Assembly: GCA_964019335.1 (NCBI GenBank) | Contig: OZ025653.1 | Location: 62,001-126,000, forward strand | DNA from: Diplonema japonicum | Taxonomy: Eukaryota; Protista; Euglenozoa: Diplonemea | DNA: 64,000 bases | Reading direction: 5' to 3' | Shown here: one piece after another, positions 23,957 through 35,891 of the stretch | How positions within the stretch are numbered: position 1 is the first letter of the stretch | Layout: every line of letters starts with the position of its first letter | The notes under the pieces: generated by a model | What the model was told of the DNA's origin: nothing | Databases searched by the model: none | Seen by the model: only the letters and a program-made list of their open reading frames with translations | Program-made: the position numbers and the translations under genes

Positions 23957-24121
23957 CTATCCACCTAAATGTTCATTCGACAGGGCTCAGAAAAAAAAGA
24001 AGCCAAAAACCCAGTGTAAAAAACTATCCTACTTGAGGACAGCCTCCTTGACAAAAGATACAAGAAATTGACTATGTAAGAATGTTACTACTGCTTCATC
24101 CACAAAATGACGGAAGTCATC

Positions 24122-25168
24122 TTATAACTTTCGAAGTATTTCCAAAGAAGGAAAATAAGAGGTCTCGGGTGAAAGATCACTGCTAAAATATATGAGGCTC
24201 AGGCCTGTAGGGGCCCCGCAATCAAATAGAGAAAGGAGTGTTGTGAGGTTTCGCGGGAAAAGCCCCTCAGAATGGCACGCTAGTCTGAGTAGCCAAGACC
24301 CTTCGAAACTTGATTGCGAACGAATCAAGGTAGACAGAGTGCTGTGGGGTTTTATAGATGTTATGGCATACCTTAGGTGCCACCAGTCAGGTTTTCTTGT
24401 CTTCTCATGTGTAACGCCTGCAGTGGCGTCTGTGATTAGAGTCAAGCCGTCGCCTGGCCGCATCTTCCTTTTGCTTGGCTTGCTGCGTATTGGGTGTACA
24501 ATTGTGGAACAGCATACTTTGACCTGGTACCGATATCCTCCTCAACCTGCACAGACAGCCCAGAGAAGTGCCCCTCTTCGGAGCCTCGCTGAGAAGAAAC
24601 ACCTGGCTCTGAAACTATCACTTTCTTCTCCTTTCTATTCTCACTATTCTGAGCAGCTGTTTTATTGATGAAAGTAATCAGTGCAGGGTTAATCAGCGTC
24701 TCCTCCAGACGCACCTCGGTTATTATCTTGTTCTGGGCCACGAAGTCATGCAGCATCAAGCCAGCTGCATGGCTAATCGGATTCTTGCTCAGATCCAAAG
24801 TTCGGAGTCCCGGGTGCGAACAAAGTCCGCTAGTCAGAACCTTTACTGAATCATTGTTGAGAAAGTTATCTGCTAAGCAAAGTTTCTGACAGTCCACACA
24901 CACGTTGAGAACCTCGACAAGTGGCCTGATGCTATTCTTGCCAATCAGGTTCCCCCCGAGATCGATCTCCTGCGGACATGGTCATGACTAATGTGGCACG
25001 CACACCTTGACTCGTATTTGTCCACACTGATCGTCAGGAAGGTACTTCCGCAACCCACCATTAACGCGACACTTGTGCTTCTGGCACGACCTGTGGCGAT
25101 GGCATATCGCAACATGATGGCTAAAAGAAGAAAGCATACTCCTCATAAACCTGGCGTGGAGACGGCAT
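24122..25168 (-). CDS. RNI-like leucine-rich repeat protein (~298 aa)
   Basis: Introns 25091-25139, 24970-25005, 24483-24517, 24342-24371; LRRs 'IDLGGNLIG', 'LCLADNFLN', 'LDLSKNPIS'. Confidence 0.75.
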
Positions 25169-25248
25169 ATCGCAACATGATATGTGGGGTGCTGTGCGAC
25201 ATTACCGAAGAATATTAGACATGATAAAATAATAAGTGTCAACAGTGC

Positions 25249-26043
25249 TCACAGCACATGCGGAACAAAGGCGTACCGCTTTGCGTCGAATCGCTTTTGG
25301 TACCAAGCAGCAGACCTCCAAGAGGAGACACCAAGATTGAAGAAAACAAAAAGGAACATGAAAAGAGACGGCAACGTGCGGAGAGAGAGACTGAGGAGAA
25401 AGTATAGCATGATCTCACATGTATAGTGGGGGCAAGCAAGAGAGCTGAAGAGCCCTCGTGTAATGAGGTGGTGTTCTCTCTTTGAGGATGGGGGTTGTCC
25501 TGCGTAATATTGAATAAGGGAAGGCAAAGCCTGTCTTGGGACTGAGAGGAGGTAATGATGGTAGGCCTGTGCAGCCCGTAAAAATATGAATAGAACGCAC
25601 AAAGTAGTCCCTCCGGTACTCCCGGATGCAGACCCTACTGTGATCGCCGAGAAAACGTAAAACCCGCACCCTGACACCAACGAAAAGAACGATACCATCT
25701 CTGATAGCGTGAAACGGTGCACGACAAGGCACTCCACCAGTCTCCCCGCCAGGTGCAGGATAAACATCAATTGTGCTTCAGCCACACGAACATCAAAAAC
25801 CACACAGCTTACACCAACACACATAAGCCCTACCAAGTAAAACACAACGAAGCTACTCCCTCTTGTCAGTAGCCCCTCACTAAGCGCGCGAGATTCCTTG
25901 AACTTCCCATATGATGTGATGCCATCAAACCACGGACTTACAAGCTTCAAACTGAAGACACCAAGAGCAACCACCCACCATACCATCAGCAGAGCATCAA
26001 TGTGCTCCACTATCATTTTGATTAGATTTGCTAATGGCATCAT
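25249..26043 (-). CDS. SRD5A3: Polyprenol reductase (SRD5A3/DFG10-like steroid 5-alpha-reductase family)
   Basis: 'SYGK', 'GLFSSLACPHYTCEIMLY', 'WYQKRF..RYAFVP', multi-TM; start codon uncertain. Confidence 0.8.
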   Translation of the reverse strand: MMPLANLIKMIVEHIDALLMVWWVVALGVFSLKLVSPWFDGITSYGKFKESRALSEGLLTRGSSFVVFYLVGLMCVGVSCVVFDVRVAEAQLMFILHLAGRLVECLVVHRFTLSEMVSFFSLVSGCGFYVFSAITVGSASGSTGGTTLCVLFIFLRAAQAYHHYLLSVPRQALPSLIQYYAGQPPSSKREHHLITRGLFSSLACPHYTCEIMLYFLLSLSLRTLPSLFMFLFVFFNLGVSSWRSAAWYQKRFDAKRYAFVPHVL

Positions 26044-26087
26044 CTGTGTGCGGTCAAAGGCTGCGAGATGATCAAGCAATAAAATGA

Positions 26088-28818
26088 TTAACCTTTTGTG
26101 GGCAGCAGCCCCTTTAGCTGCTCTGTGTTTTCACTGAGACTTTTGTCAACCTCGATCGCATCCTTCGCCTGTTCGACTCCCGCCACCTCCGCCACCTCAA
26201 TCACCGCATCAACAAAGCGTGCCTGGTCCTGTGACATCTTCTTCATGCTCGGGATCAATATTGCCACGATGCCGTCCACTGTCCCAATTCTAAGCCAAAA
26301 GGCAACAAGGTACAACATCACCAAGTCGGTGATGGTCATGCGCCTTGAAGAAGCATAGCTCACAACCTCGCTCACTATTGCCGAGAGCTGCATTTTGCTC
26401 TGCGACTCAAAACTTCCGATATAATAATTCAGCTTTTTCTGCACCAATTCCTCACGTTGAGCCAGTAAAAGCTGTTGAGATTCCTCATCAATTTTGTGGC
26501 GCTGTGAGTATGTGAATTCTTGTCACCATGAGCATACATTCTGGTACATACGGGGCAACCGCGGTTCGTATCTGCCCAAAACCTTCACACTGATGCCCAG
26601 TGGCCACTTGCTTGTGTTCTGCACGGCTACCAGCTCATCACCATTCCTTTCAGCCCGCGCTGCACATATTCGTAACACCTGTATGCTGTTAGATGACCTA
26701 ATGCCATACCTCCACAACATCAGCATACGCTATGGGCTCACCTCGTAGGACCATCTGCACGCCAAGTTCTATGACACGTGAGGCACGTGACTCGAACGGG
26801 TCTACCCGTGCACTGCGGTGTCTGTGCGCCCACATCACAGCGCCCAGTAATTTTATCCACGAGGAACCGCTACTTTGAACCTTGTTTGACTGAACACACA
26901 TGAAGAGAACTCCCTCTGCAGCCCTCCAGTCCCCCTTTGCAGAAGCGAGCTCGATCACCTTTCTGATGTAATACGAATCTATAACATGATGGTTCTGGTT
27001 CTTCAGTAACCTCAACATGTCAACTGCAGCCCCCTGGTCCTTGCTGTACACCGCGAGACGCACTAATTTTGTAAGAACATCAACGTCACAGTCAGCAAGG
27101 TTGGTGTGCCCTCGAGGACTGTCGACATAAAGCGTAAGCATGTCTGTGAAAGCTTGTCGTGCGCTAGTACACACGATGCTGCTGTCACCACGGGACCTGA
27201 CCATTCCCTTCAGGCCACCAAGGATTCTTGTGATGATGTTGCCGACCACGTCATTCTGCAACCCTACTCTCGCGGGCAGCACTATGTCGTTCACGTACTG
27301 CATGACTTCCTCGACCGTGCTGTGTCTGCAGTGCCAATTTACCATCGGGCTGTAGGCGTGCGCAGTTAGTTCTCCTGATTCTCGCAAATGATCCATGAGC
27401 TTTTGCAATATCGAAAGCCCTTCTTTAACGTGCGACACAATGTTCATCAACATGTAACATAAATCGTAGGTCAGTCTTGGAGGCAATATAGCTCTCTGTA
27501 GCTTGCCTCTTTTGTATTCAGGCCATTGCTGTTCGTCCTCCCGTGGGTGTCCCGGGTATTTTGCAACGAGCGCACTCCCATATTCTTCTTCCATTCGTTC
27601 TATGAGGGCGCAAACAAAAGCAAAGGCATTGCCTGGCGTAGTGGTTATGAGCAACGCCTCCCCAAGGTACTTCCAGACAGTGGGTAAGAACACGATCCGC
27701 TGCCGCATGCTGACAGAAATGCAAAGGCCGACCAGCTGTTTGAATTTCTCTTTCAGAGCCAGTGACCGAATAATGACGGAGAGCGCCTGGCCGTCAAAGG
27801 GTATCTGACGCCTCTTCATTTCGTTGAGGAAGTCGTCGTGCTGATGTTCACCTGAGCTTTTTGGGTACATGCCGAGACCGCGCAACTGTGGTGACGGTAG
27901 AAAGTTAGTAACGTATGCATACCACGATATTAAAGGTGGTGGGGTCGTCTGTTGCAGGGATGCTATGCAGCCAGTTCATGACAACGTCGTGGCCCAGCCC
28001 ATGCCGCGCTGCGAACCTCGCCACCAAGTGCTTCGAGCTGTCTCCAAACACAACGTTCTGCATAAGCCACAATTTATCGCAAATGTTCATGATCGCTGCA
28101 GCAACGGTGTACTTGAATATAACAGGTCTCCTACCCTTCTCAAACTGGTCAGGGAAGGTGCACTGTGCTGCATAAGACAGCACCCCACGACGCAACTTGC
28201 CGCGTACTTGGGTCTCTTTGTAAATGACGGCGTCATTGTAGTGCTCCTCCACAGTGAGGCATTCCAGCAGTGTACTGTAAAGCACCGTGTCGGATATCTG
28301 GCCCTCCATGGATGCCTCGACAAATAGTTCCTCCAGCGCTGCAGGGTACTCATACAGGTCTTGCTGGCGTCTGATGTTCCAACCTTGGCGTAGGCTGAAG
28401 ACTGCATGCTTGTCATCCTCGTTCATGACGACTGGGATGAGGGGGAGGCCGCTCTCCGTGACGGTGCTTTCCTCGAAGTGAACTGGCGGGAGTGATTCCC
28501 GCGGCACTACCTCTGCTTCGATAGGGCCTTGCAATTCAATCGCTGATTCAACTGGCATCACCTCGGCCGCTACAGGCCCGGCAGCATCTTTCCGTTTCAT
28601 GATCATGGATTGCTCTTCTTCTAGTAGCTGTTGTGGCGTAGATGCCGGTTTTAAAGGTCTGTACCTTCGCACCTCTACATCTTTGAGCCCTCCTACTGGA
28701 ACCACCTGCAAGTGAAACTTAAGCGGTACTTGAAACATACCTTGCTCTTTGCGAAAAGAATACAGCACGCGCTCAGCTGCCTCCGCTGAGTCATTCTCCG
28801 ACCTACTGATAACGACAT
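26088..28818 (-). CDS. Large alpha-helical, PPR-like protein, probably mitochondrial (~863 aa)
   Basis: Introns 28706-28740, 27886-27922 (contains TACTAAC), 26679-26709, 26502-26537; Arg-rich, acid-free N-terminus; PPR-like 'TTFNIVLRGL..FLNEMKRRQIPFD'. Confidence 0.65.
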
Positions 28819-28962
28819 GTTCAATACATAAAATCTGAAGGCATTAGTGGCAGAATGCAATAGAAACACGAAACCATGGCACTGAAAGAAAAGGCGGAAA
28901 GCGATACAGAAACTTAATAGGACGGACTGACAAACGGATCAATGGGCTCCTTTTCAGGAGCG

Positions 28963-31900
28963 TCATCGGAACGCCATGCTGTAAAGACGGTCCTCTTCGG
29001 CTGCAAGGAAGACTCCCAGGGAATCGAAAACAACACCCGATGCAAAGAGGTGCCCTGCTCGATGCGTCTTAGTAATGCGATACGCTCCTACATCATCACT
29101 AAGTGCTCGCAGCACTGCACGTTGCCGGAGCCCGACACATGGGACGGAGAACCCCATGCTCCGTCTACACAACCCCATCGCGAGGTTGCCCTGTTGCACC
29201 CATGTCCGGATATGATTGCAGAACTTGTGTATGGCTGGATTAGCCGGCTTCTTGGATACTGTGAGCCATCTTGGGTCTCGTACGTCGTCTTCGCCAGCAA
29301 GTGCAATCCTGACAATAGAAGTTTCAGCACGCGACACCTGTGCACCTATCTCTTGCCCAGAGTGCAATAGCTTCTCAATAGTACTCCCCCTACGGGGCCC
29401 TTGCACACTTGTCCTGCGCTGCTGCTGGCTGCTCCGCCGTGTGGTGCGTCTCGCTGCTTGAAAAGTCAATGCCGGCAGCATCGTAATAGTAACATCAAAA
29501 GGCTCGCAGGCTTCCTTCAGCTCTTCTGTGATCTCCTTTCTAAGCCTTATAAGCTTCGCCATGGAAAGGCACACTTCGATGTCCAACCATGGGAGCGGTA
29601 CGGTCTTCATAACCTCCGTCTTCCTGACGCCCGAGACAGCCTTGATGCATGTGTCGATAGTGCTCTCAAACTGCGAGCTGAACATATCAACATCCACGCT
29701 GCAAGAAAGAAGAGACCAAATCTGCCTGCTGCTGTCCAGCCCCATCAAGGCGGCATGCTCCTTCTCAGCACGTATGTCTTGTCGCGTCTTTACAATACAC
29801 CTTGTCATAGGGATGGCCGGACACGAAGGGCTGGCCTCTGAGTCGCTGGTCAGCTGCACTCTTGGGTACTTTGTGAGGCGCTCTATGAGATACTGGGAAA
29901 TCCTTCCTACCATGACATGCTGCGAGGTCAAGGGTACTGGAATGCCTAAGGCAGCTCTTGCAAGAAGCGATGAGACAAGCATAGTGCTTGGCGAGTCGTA
30001 AGAGTTGATGACATAGTCACCCTTGAAATGGCCTGCTGCCGAACCGAAGAAGAAATGCCCTGCCTCGCCCCTCCACCCCAAGCAGTCCATAACCAGCATC
30101 CGGTAAGGCGCGTTCTTGCCGCTCAGAACCATATCAGATATCTCAGTCACGGTAAGAGCGCTTTCTTCGTCACAAGCCAAAGGCGAATCGTCAAGCATGA
30201 TGTGCCGGGCATACACGGAGGGGTACCTCTTAGCCCACTCCAGGTCCTCATCGAAGACGTTGAAGAGCCTGTTCCGCGCACTACTCTCGAGATCGGACAT
30301 TCGGTAGCGAAACGCAGTTTCGAACTTTTCAAAGCTACTTATTGCAGCCATCAACAAATGGTTCATGGCTGATTTTTGCTTTTCTTTTGGAGCTGCTTCT
30401 TCACCCACTACCTTCTTGTTTCCAGTTCCCACCCAGCGTGTGTACGTGTACTTATACCGCTCAGAAATGGAAGTCTTCGATCGGGATGTTAGCTTGGGCT
30501 CCATGTTGGGCGCAGTCATCGGATAGGGGTACTTGGCCACAAGGTCTCGCAACTCGAGCATGCATGCTTCCTCGATATTGGCGCGTGCCTCCTTTTCGTC
30601 TCCCTCCATCCAGCTCCTAAAGTGGATGGCTCTTGGAGGGTTGTACATTCCCCGTGTTGCACATCCTCTGCCAGCTATCCAGACAAGTGAAAAAGCTGTG
30701 TTCACTTCCAGGAACTGCTTTATCCTCTTCTTCACATTGTCTCGTGAGGGGCGCAGCTTGAAGTCGGCAGATTTGGAATGGATTAACACCACCTCGTAGC
30801 CCGACTTTGCCAGCGAGTCTGACAACTCATACAAATGGTGTGTGATCTCAAAGGCAGGCTCTATGCTGTGGTCTAGCGGCAAGTAGCTAGCGATCAACAG
30901 AGCACGCATCCTCTTGGTGGACGGCTTAGCAGAGAACATCAACGGGGGCAAGCCGACGTCGCCCCCTTCTTTGTCTGGAGACCTGTACTGAAGCTTCCTC
31001 TTATGATGAAGTTCTATTGCTTTCTTGCGCTTAACAAACAAAACAGCTAAGAACTTCCGCAGATGCTTCTGCAAGAAAATAGCGGCATTGCGCCTGTTGG
31101 ACCGGTTCAACCCGTTTAATAATGTGAAGCTATGGCACACATCCACCACGGGCAACGTGTCACAAGGCCCCTGACTGCATGTTTGGAGGAAGAATGTATT
31201 GGAGCCGCTAAGCTTCATGAATGGTGCAATCAGCTGCATGGTAAGGGGGGCGTGCTGGGGTGTCCTTGGCCAAAACTCGGACCTGCTACCTGCTTTGACA
31301 AATGATGACTCGAAATCGCTTATGCTCTTATTCCTGCTGAGTGTGATCTTGTGCCCTCGCCTGAAAGAGGAGACAGGCCCTTGCCAGTTCATGGTTTCGG
31401 GGTTATAATAGGCCCCAGGAGCAACAATGCCACCAGCTACATTGCAGAGACAAAATGTTGCGTCGCCCACGGACAGCAGCCAGAACACGTGCCCTACGAG
31501 GGCAGCATCTGCAGTGTTTTTCCTCTTGTTCGGGACCTCTAGGTACTCTGCTGTTGTCGTCTGAAAGAACTCCTTCACATCAGCGTACCCTTTCATCACC
31601 TCCCACACCGACTCCGGAAGCTCAGGGCTCAGTTCTACATCTTGCTTATGGAGCAGGTCCGTCAGCACCTCCTCTTCACTACTCGAGTCTATCGTGACGC
31701 ACGCGGCGCGTACAACGTTGTTGTCATGCATCTCAACTTGCTTCCACTCGAGCGACTTAACCAAGTCTTCTATCTCACTAGATATGAAGCCATGGCTCTT
31801 GATGGGGTGCCAAGGAATCCAGTAGCTATAGTTCTTCACCTTATCATAGTTGTGAACAAAGGTACCAGACTTCTTCCCCACGACATCCTCGACTAACATG

Positions 31901-34078
31901 GACCCAGGACCGTCGTCTAGCTGCCACTTGCAGAACGGCTGCTTTGCGACGCAGATCTCAAAATTAGACACATAGCCATCAAAGAGCTGCTCGATAACAC
32001 CTTTTCTGTTGTGGGCACCAATGGCGAAGAAGGTTGAGAAGTTGCGGAACGTAGTTGGCGTGTCGCTATTCATGGTAAGCCCCATCGGTGTGCCATCAGC
32101 CACCACCATCACATCACCGTAGTGGAACGCCCAATACAGATGATGCCACTTGCCATCACAGAGCTCGGCTTCCACAGTGCCCAGCACTGCCTTCCCTGCC
32201 TCGTCACAAAGCTCTACAAGAAGCGAGTTCTTTTTATACCCCTTTCCATTTGCATGGATGGTGATGCCCATCACCTGCTTTGTAGTGCTGTCAGTGGTCT
32301 TCATTAAGCACATCTGTCGATCCGTTACTGAAGACTGCATCCACAGCTCCACGGAGAAGAAAGACAAGTGTTCACCAAAGGAGTCCAGTGTACCGACGTT
32401 GACATAAGCATCACCCTCAAAGCACAACGACGTCTTGGGGAATGTGCCTGTTTCCCATGTTCCGCGGATGAGTTCACCCCTGTTACCTGTGACCATGTCA
32501 CGGATACCCTTCGGGTCGGCAAAAGGGAACCTTGCGAGGAGCGTCTTTCCTGACGATGACATGTCCCAAAAGGCAACATCAGCAATGTAGCCCTTGAAGG
32601 AGTTCAAGCAGGGCAGGTGGTGGATGGGCTCTTCACCGGTGCAAATTGTGGTGGCGCCAACAAAGGCAACAGCCTTCCAGGAGACGAAGCCTGTAGGCCC
32701 GTAGTGGTTGGAAGAGTCGGTGGTGTCGCACACTGGCTCCACGGGAATGCCGTCGATGGTAAGTCTGATGTCGCGGTCTGCAGCAGATACCACACTGCAC
32801 TGCAAGAAGTGCCACTTATCATCGAAGAGATGTCCTGCGGGGAACCCTGCATATGCCACGCGGTGCGCTGAGTCGCGCAGCAAAACACGGACGGCCCCTG
32901 CCTTGGGTGAATCGCCCCTCTCGTCGATGTTGAGTGTGATACTGAACTGGTTGTCCGCCCTGCCATCCGCTACGTCCAGCACCTCTAACACCTTCATGAT
33001 GCTCTTCGTCACGTGTGTCCTCACCCACATGTCGACCTTGAACGACGCCGCGATCCTCGGAAAGAAAGGAACGGGAAGCTTCACAAGCGCGTCATTCTCA
33101 TAGAGCAGCATCTTCCTTCCCTTTTTGTCTTTCAAAGCGAACTGTTCCTTCACCTCTTTCACTACCTCGGGACCTTTTCGATCGAACACCTGAGGTTTCT
33201 GTCGTGAGGATTGTGTGCATACTCCTGGCGTTAACAGTGTAGTCACGGGAGTGATGGCTCTGCTGGGAAATAGGAGCATAGAAGGAGAGTCAATGACAAT
33301 GGGCAACGCCTGTGTGGTGGTGATGGACGTGGTAGGGCCATACATCGCTGGAGGGGACATCTTTGCTCCTTTCAGAGCCGTCTGGCTGACGTGGAGTGAA
33401 TGCATCATGGGACACGAGGCCACCCAGCCGCCGCTGTGTCCTCTGAATAGACGGAGGGGTCGGTCGCACTGGAAGTTCAACCTTATCGTATTGCTTTAAA
33501 CTTTGTCGTCTTCGTGTCGAAGATGAGCGTCGGAAACTTGCGCTGCTGTTCTGTGTTGCTCGCCGTGCGAGAATCCTAGGCTTGGCGGTGTTCGGAAGGG
33601 AGGGCGCAGGTGATAGGAGGAAAGGAGTAGCTGGGACAGGGATGGGGGGCTGCACGGCTAGCTTCATCTTTGGTGACAAGATAGAGGAATCTGCGCATGA
33701 CAGGCGCGCCGAGACATCTAGGTGGGGCGCTAGCGGCATGAAGATAGAGGAGATCAGCTGCTCGACGACAGTGGCCTTTCCTTTGCTGTAGAGGCCGTTC
33801 ACAATGAGAGTGGCGCTGTGCCGTTTTGAGAGGGAATGGCTGATCTGGGATGCAATGTTTTCCTCACCCCGCCATATGCCGTCCACAATAGCAGCCATGG
33901 GGCTGAAGACGCCAGTGTCCCCTTTCCACACCTCGGAAATATGTAAAGTACGCAGAGGTGTTGGTCTTTCAAAGCTGAGCTCCAACCCTAGCCTGGTGCA
34001 CGTGCCTTGCACGAGGTCGCCCACACCGCCCTTTAGGTCATCCTTCTCTTCATCAGTCAAGCACAAGTAGCAAGGCAT
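28963..34078 (-). CDS. ~1693-aa multidomain protein: degenerate kinesin-like motor interrupted by two LamG/ConA domains, IQ motif, degenerate caspase/metacaspase-like domain
   Basis: One intron, 33310-33343, joins the 262-aa and 1505-aa ORFs. LamG motifs 'LFDDKWHFL' / 'LCDGKWHHL', 'FKGYIADVAFW' / 'FDGYVSNFEI'; IQ-like 'AAIFLQKHLRKFLA'. Confidence 0.75.
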
Positions 34079-34755
34079 TTAACAAGGCATGACATGCGCT
34101 GTATTCGGTCTGTAGTGCTTTCATTAAAAAAAATACAGAAAACTAGACAAACAACAACAGGCTAAAGGTATTATCAAACTGAAACGAGGCGCAGGGCCTG
34201 TTCCACCTGGACGCCTCCCCTACCCTTTCCCCTCCGTGGCGGTGGGGAGGAGGGAAAAAAACTACGAATTAGCCAATACACTTTATTCAATTGTTGGGGA
34301 AATAGAAAAAAACAAAGAAAGAAGAATAAAAGAAAACGGTCCTTCTTTCTTTTTGTCCCTTCACTTCAGATATCCAAAAAAAAAAAAAAGAGAGAGAAAA
34401 CTAAGTAAGTAACACAATACAGAGGACAACACAACTGTCACGACGTGCGCCCTGCCCTTCCACTTAAGAAAGGACGGCAACATGTGCTTCTTCTGCCTTC
34501 GTTGTAGGTGGAGGGGAACAAGAAGCACCTCATCTTTTTTTCCTCCCTCTTTCTTTCTTTTTTGTTTTCATTCGCACAGGCTGAGACGAGGAGACACTTT
34601 TCAGAAGGGAAAAAAAAAAACACAAATTCCTTTGTCTCGGGGAAGGGAAGAAGGGAAGATACAGTGGAAGATACACGGGAGAGTGGGTCTGCTCGGATGG
34701 GCTATTCGTTCTTTGAACTATATTTTTTCACTTTTCTCATTTGTTCCTTTTAATT

Positions 34756-35701
34756 CTACTCACGAAGCGCCTCCCACAGAGATTCCCACTTCATGTACTC
34801 CACACGCCCTGTGTTCGTCTCGTCGGCAGATGCTGTAAAAAAAAAAAAAAATCATGAAGCCCTATTCTCCATACCAACGATCTCCTTGATCTCATCTTCG
34901 GGAAGGAACTCACCGCACAGCTCAGAGATGATCTTCTTAAGCTGCGCAATGGTGAGCACACCGGTGTTCTCTGGGTCGTGTTTTTGGAATTCGTTCTGGA
35001 CCTCTTGTTCGGCGCCTTTGTTTGTTTTCCTTCCCCTTCTTTTCCTTCCCCGTTACATACTCTCGTCTGACCCGAAGTTGTGGATCATAAGCATCAAGAA
35101 TTCTTCGAATTCAATTTCACCGCTGTCATCGACGTCGACATCTCTGATCATCTGAGCAAGCTCCGCCTCTGACAGCTCCTGACCGAACGCCTGGAAGACG
35201 TTGCCCAGCTCCTGCACGTCGATGGCTCCGCTTCCGTCGGAGTCAAAGTGGTTGAAGCATTCTCTGAGACCTTCAATTTGGCTGTTGTTCAGCGGCTTCA
35301 GCCCCTGCGCCTTGATCTTTGCTTTCAGCATCGAAAACGGGTCCGCCCCTTCCGCCTGTGCCCCCTCCAACCACATCAGGAATTCGTAGATATCAAGCTC
35401 CATGTTCCCATCAGTGTCAACCGCCTCCATGGACTTCTTCAGTTCTGCGAAGGAGGGGGGAAATGAATTAATGTTACCCCGCTTTTCTTTTCTCTGTCCA
35501 TACCATCGTCGCTCATCTCAACACCAAGCTTTCTTGCCAGGATCTTGAACTCCAGGAAATCTATCTTTCCTATTTGAATAGAAATTACGGGGGGAAGAAT
35601 GTCATACCACTCCTGTCAGTGTCGAAGGCCTGGAAAAGCTTCTCGATGAACATCTTCTCTTCCTTCGAGAACTTGTTCGTTGTCGGACCATCGGAACCCA
35701 T
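34756..35701 (-). CDS. Calmodulin/centrin-like protein with six EF-hands (~253 aa)
   Basis: Four phase-1 introns (35570-35607, 35445-35503, 35016-35060, 34833-34874); loops DTDRSGKIDFLE, DTDGNMELDIYE, DSDGSGAIDVQE, DVDDSGEIEFEE, DPENTGVLTIAQ, DETNTGRVEYMK. Confidence 0.88.
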
Positions 35702-35891
35702 TTTTCTTTATCAAATGTTCAACCTGCGGGAAGGGGTTGTTCTCTCCGTCTTTGGAGGCGGCTCATCAAGGAAAACATCATGATGGATACCAACGACCTC
35801 ACCCACTGGAAGAAAGAAAAAAAAAAAAGCAACGTTTAAAATAGGAACTACTAAAAAATACAATACACGTTAAAGACCTTTCCTCCTTTTC

